Origin: Octopus sinensis
Taxonomy: Eukaryota
DNA length: 64,000 bases
Assembly (NCBI RefSeq): GCF_006345805.1
Contig: NC_043013.1
Coordinates: 21,452,001 to 21,516,000, forward strand
Direction of reading: 5' to 3'
Part shown: one piece after another, positions 61,640-64,000 of the stretch
Layout: each line of letters begins with the position of its first letter
Numbering within the stretch: the stretch's first letter is position 1
Program-made: the position numbers and the translations under genes
Notes under the pieces: generated by a model
Databases searched by the model: none
What the model saw: only the letters and a program-made list of their open reading frames with translations
What the model was told of the DNA's origin: nothing

Positions 61640-62010
61640 AACCACTGAGCCGCAGGTTTTATGTCGGAGTTATCCCAGTTACCTGAGGTACTTTCTCCTA
61701 GAAGGATGCCCTAACAAAGGCTAGGAGTCCTTCACTCCCAATGGTTTAATCGCGCGATCGAGTATTCAGCCCGATTATTTCTATATCCCCGCGCATGATA
61801 CAGCCTCAAGACATTTATTGGATGGCCGTTGACTCTCAAGAGTTCCTCCGCCCTATGACGGGTTTTGTTTTTCATCCCGCAGGGTGTCAAATAAACACCC
61901 TCCTCATCAAGCAAGCTTGGTGGGGTTGCCGGTTTAGTCGCCGACGACCCGACCATGCAACAGGTTGTACTGGGTTACATGTTACCAGTAGCACTGGAAA
62001 GTGACCTGGC
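61640..62010 (-). mobile_element. Probable RTE 5'UTR fragment
   Basis: GGGCATCCTTCTAGGAGAAAG...AACTCCGACATAAAACCTGCGGCT resembles RTE 5'UTR motifs as recalled; not verified. Confidence 0.45.
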
Positions 62011-62176
62011 TTAAGATACATACATACAAAAACACCCTTGTTGTTGATGCTGAAATTCCAATGAAGGAGACTTGGATATGGGTTGGAAATCCTTTCTCTA
62101 TTGGCAAGAAATCTTGAAATAAAACTGGATAATGACATCGCATGTTTGATGGGGCCGGGGTTTATTCCAAGCTGGA

Positions 62177-62223
<47 letters not shown>

Positions 62224-62294
62224 GCCATCTATCCGTCTATCTGTCTGTCTACGTTCGTTTACAAATCTCGTCAGCCACATAATGGTTTAACACG

Positions 62295-62531
62295 AAGGCG
62301 GCGAGCTGGCAGAAACGTTAGCACGCCGGGCGAAATGCTCAGCAGTATTTCGTCTGTCGCTACGTTCTGAGTTCAAATTCCGCCGGGGTCGACTTTGCCT
62401 TTCATCCTTTCGGGGTCGATTAAATAAGTACCAGTTACGCACTGGGGTCGATATGATCGACATAATCTGTTTGTCTTTCCTTGTTTGTCCCTTCTGTGCG
62501 TTTAGCCCCTTGTGGGTAGTAACGAAATAGG
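62295..62531 (+). mobile_element. SINE family B, single unit, little decay
   Basis: Head AAGGCGGCGAGCTGGCAG through GAAATAGGT. Confidence 0.92.
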
Positions 62532-62963
62532 TTTAATTAACACGTGTCTACTGTTTAAAGACCAAATGAAGAGGGAAATCTCTGAAGAGGACACCAGTGG
62601 CTGTTAATGGTAGAGACACATAAAGTCTTGAACGGCTTAGATTTTCCACCAGTTCAAATAAAAGGTATCCTACATCTTTTTTTCTCGACCAGCTAGAAAT
62701 AAGAGGCAAATTCTCTCGAATTACTCTACATCCCACAAAAAGGAATCAACAAAAAACATTGCATAACGTAGATTTGAATATTGTTAAATTATATGGTCAC
62801 GGATGGAATGTCTCCTCATCCGAGGTTTCTTACAACAAAAGCCACTGTTGAACTGATCTGACCAGTTGATGTCAATCGTACGACTATTCACTTGCACAAA
62901 CACGGGTTTCTCTCTGTTGGGAAAGGGTGTATAGATATACATACATACATACGTAGACGACAT

Positions 62964-63260
62964 TCTTTCTATAGCCGTACATGGAAAGCCAAAGTCTTCG
63001 GCAATTTCCGTAAAAATGATTTTCTTTAATTTTCTGTATATATGTATGTGTTTATGTGCATGTAAGCATATGTAGGATATTTGTGTATACACATACATAC
63101 ATATACAATATTTACATACACAAATATACATAAACACATAATGCATATACAACAAAAAAATATACAAACATCAGCGATTCAGAAGAAAAAACTTTATAAA
63201 ATTTTTTCACGGAAATTGCCGAAGAAAGGCTTCCACCTTACATGTACGGCTATCGAAAGA
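62964..63260. repeat. ~55-bp inverted repeats around a microsatellite-rich spacer (MITE-like)
   Basis: tctttctatagccgtacatg...cttcggcaatttccgtaaaaa (62964-63016) versus its reverse complement at 63202-63260. Confidence 0.75.
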
Positions 63261-63759
63261 TACCACTTATGTATATCACAACTGCCCAAGGCCCAGGAAC
63301 GTGAAACTCTGAGTTGCAGTCTTTCTGTGAAGTTTTGGCAGCTTTAATAAGGTATACACACGCATATGTGTGTGTGAGCGTATACGATCATATCTATCAA
63401 TATATCTATATATATGTATATACACGTATGCGAGAGGATGCACAAAGTGAACAAAAAAATATCCGGCGAAGTTTCGCATGTCGTAGCTCAGATTTCCGTC
63501 GATTTCCGTAAAAAACTTTTATTTTTTTACATAAGTAATGAGAGCGAAAGAGACTAAGAGGAATCGATTTTATGACGAGGGAAGTTTGTCTTTGAAGTTA
63601 CCGTCTAGGGGAAGCATTGATGTACATGTGTGTGTGTGTGTGTGTTTGATGGGGTGTGGGAGACAGTATGTTGTGTAAGTGAAGTGCTTCTGTTAGTGTG
63701 TGCGGAGAGACAGAGAGAGTAATGTGTGAAACAGAGAGATAACTGATTTTTTACTCGGT

Positions 63760-63962
63760 GTATGTGTATATGTATGTATGCATGTATGTGTGTGTGTGTG
63801 TATGTATCTATGTATGTGTGTGTGTGTAAGTATGTGTGTGTGTATGTATGTATGTATGTGTGTGTGTGTGTGTGTAAGTATGTGTGTGTGTATGTATGTA
63901 TGTATGTATGTGTGTGTGTGTATGTATCTATGTATGTGTGTGTGTGTATGTATGTATGTATG
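63760..63962. repeat. (TATG)n/(TG)n compound microsatellite
   Basis: Directly visible. Confidence 0.95.
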
Positions 63963-64000
63963 GCCGATTCATCGTAATTTTTTACTCGGTGTATATGTAT

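Noticed and set aside
61940-62010. HDV-like ribozyme in the putative RTE 5'UTR
   Set aside because: The hairpins found (CATGTAAC/GTTGCATG) are too closely spaced for the nested double pseudoknot; I could not fold it by eye.

Overview
AT-rich, microsatellite- and retroposon-dense eukaryotic genomic DNA. The SINE, RTE and Penelope repeats look like those I associate with octopus (inference, no database search run). Two genes are well supported. (1) An intronless 819-aa RING/B-box/coiled-coil/NHL (TRIM-NHL-like) ORF on the minus strand, 5697-8156. (2) A complete 7-exon SLC35B1 (UDP-galactose transporter-related protein 1) gene on the minus strand, CDS 43904 to 33260, 344 aa, with all GT-AG junctions phase-compatible. 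A hand-built 5-exon, 83-aa candidate gene runs head-to-head with SLC35B1, and there are weaker plus-strand exon candidates converging on its 3' end. The rest is transposon-derived: at least three tRNA-derived SINE families, RTE/BovB, CR1, Tx1-like and HERO-like LINE fragments, three Penelope-like element (PLE) relics (one with a near-intact RT plus GIY-YIG), a mariner, a Tc1 with intact TIRs, a non-autonomous Helitron, and piggyBac- and hAT-type MITEs. The most unusual structure is a 134-bp palindrome (14137-14270) that encodes a complete type-I hammerhead ribozyme fold on each strand. Two more PLE-type hammerhead-like motifs, a SINE with a variable number of ~180-bp internal units, and an RTE 3'UTR built from hairpin modules are also notable. 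Most six-frame ORFs supplied are microsatellite or repeat artefacts.
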